This document shows positions 60,840 through 61,891 of a stretch of 61,891 bases of DNA, in pieces. Source of the DNA: Candidatus Terraquivivens tengchongensis (lineage in GTDB: Archaea; Thermoproteota; Nitrososphaeria_A; Caldarchaeales; Wolframiiraptoraceae); assembly GCA_023261845.1 (NCBI GenBank), contig JALNJZ010000008.1, positions 1 through 61,891 of the forward strand, given 5' to 3'. Both the position numbers and the translations under genes were made by a program. Numbering within the stretch: position 1 is the first letter of the stretch; each line of letters opens with the position of its first letter. The notes beneath the pieces are model-generated. The model saw only the letters and a list, made by a program, of their open reading frames with translations, did no database searches and was not told the origin of the DNA.

Positions 60840-61891
60840 ACCCCTGAGGTACCACCATCTGATTAAGCCACTTGCCAGGAGGTACCATCGGCAACACCCT
60901 TTCTTCCCTGTCTATCGGCAGGTCTATTACTAGCGCTTGCCCTGACCTTATCGCTCTCCTCAATAACATCCTCAGGTCGTCCAAGGATTCGGCTACTGCT
61001 CCTTCCACGCCCATGGACTCGGCGAGCTTCACGTAATCAACATTTCTACTAGCACGTCTCTTCAGATATATCTCGAGGCATTCATCCTTGTACCTTTTCT
61101 GGTAAAAGAGGTCCTGCCACTGTCTTATCATGCCGAGAACCTTATTGTTGAATATTATGCATATCACAGGTATGTCGTACTGGGCCATCGGTATCAGGCT
61201 CTGGCACGTCATGACAAAACTGCCGTCACCATCTATACAGGCCACAGTCCTGTCTGGTGCTGCGACCTTTGCACCGACAGCAGCAGGCAGACCGAAGCCC
61301 ATCGTCCCGAGACCGCAGCTTGTCAGCAATGTTCTCGGCTCGAAAACCTTGAAGCAAAGCTGGACCCACATCTGGTGCTGTCCTACGCCAGTGGTCACTA
61401 TTGCATTTCGTGGTAGTTCCTCTCTTATCACCTTCAGCGCGCGCCAAGATGTTATCCTATTAGGTTCGCCGTGGTTGTTCATAAACTCCTCGAATCTTTC
61501 GCCTATCGCTTTGAGTCTTTGGATAAATGGTCTCGTTTCTTTCCTTGCAATCCTTGACGCTATGCAGGCGTAAAGCTCCGATAACGCCCTCTTCGCATCG
61601 CCGACTATGCTTACTGTTGGTACGACATTCTTGCCGAGTTCGCTCGCATCTATGTCTATGTGGATTATCTTTCTACCTTTCTGGAGCTCGTCAAACCTTC
61701 CGACTGACCTATCAGAGAACCTTATACCGACCGCCAGGATTGCGTCTGATTCCACCAACGCCATGTTTGCCTCGATTCTTCCATGCATGCCAATGACGCC
61801 TAGCATGAGCGGATGATCAGAAGGTATGGAGCCTAGACCAGGTGTCGTGACGACCACCGGGGCCATCAAATACTCAGCAAGCTTTGTTAGC
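60823..61891 (-). CDS. ilvB: Acetolactate synthase large subunit (N-terminus off-window)
   Basis: GMHG, RFSDR, GVGQHQMW, GTMGFGLP, GDGSF..NN. Confidence 0.95.
   Translation of the reverse strand, partial: LTKLAEYLMAPVVVTTPGLGSIPSDHPLMLGVIGMHGRIEANMALVESDAILAVGIRFSDRSVGRFDELQKGRKIIHIDIDASELGKNVVPTVSIVGDAKRALSELYACIASRIARKETRPFIQRLKAIGERFEEFMNNHGEPNRITSWRALKVIREELPRNAIVTTGVGQHQMWVQLCFKVFEPRTLLTSCGLGTMGFGLPAAVGAKVAAPDRTVACIDGDGSFVMTCQSLIPMAQYDIPVICIIFNNKVLGMIRQWQDLFYQKRYKDECLEIYLKRRASRNVDYVKLAESMGVEGAVAESLDDLRMLLRRAIRSGQALVIDLPIDREERVLPMVPPGKWLNQMVVPQGFDIHG

Noticed and set aside
227-61816. Numerous 60-200 aa ORFs antisense to or nested in the called genes
   Set aside because: Shadow frames of well-supported genes with no motifs of their own
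1-61891. CRISPR array, rRNA or IS element
   Set aside because: No regularly spaced repeats, rRNA-like stretch or transposase ORF seen; the window is almost fully coding

Overview
Archaeal chromosomal window; gene content suggests a thermophilic TACK-group archaeon, but the taxonomy is inference only. Left edge: 5' half of a tRNA, thermosome, membrane-anchored Hsp20-like gene, UPF0182 and TrmB. Positions ~6.0-34.8 kb form a ~29 kb redox island bracketed by hypF and hypBACD. It holds hdrCBA-mvhDGA-hyaD (group 3c [NiFe]-hydrogenase/heterodisulfide reductase), three HdrD/GlcF-like CCG proteins paired with two NarI-like membrane subunits or a GlcD-like FAD dehydrogenase, three GcvH-like proteins (only one keeps the lipoyl lysine), OsmC, two AbrB-PhoU regulators and a LipS2-LipS1-Lpl-LipT lipoate assembly operon. 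No glycine cleavage P/T/L genes are in the window. My main hypothesis is that protein-bound lipoamide is the disulfide carrier of an H2-driven Hdr circuit. Further right are tetraether synthase, nadC, an ABC transporter, Nth, an acyl-CoA dehydrogenase, an MTase with an unknown partner and a two-intron tRNA-Gln(CTG). Next to that tRNA is a ~4.1 kb head-only HK97-type virus module (portal, protease, cement, major capsid, two small regulators; no terminase, integrase or tail). The right end carries the proteasome/exosome superoperon, an ECF transporter and ilvBHC. All calls come from motif reading by eye; no database searches were run.
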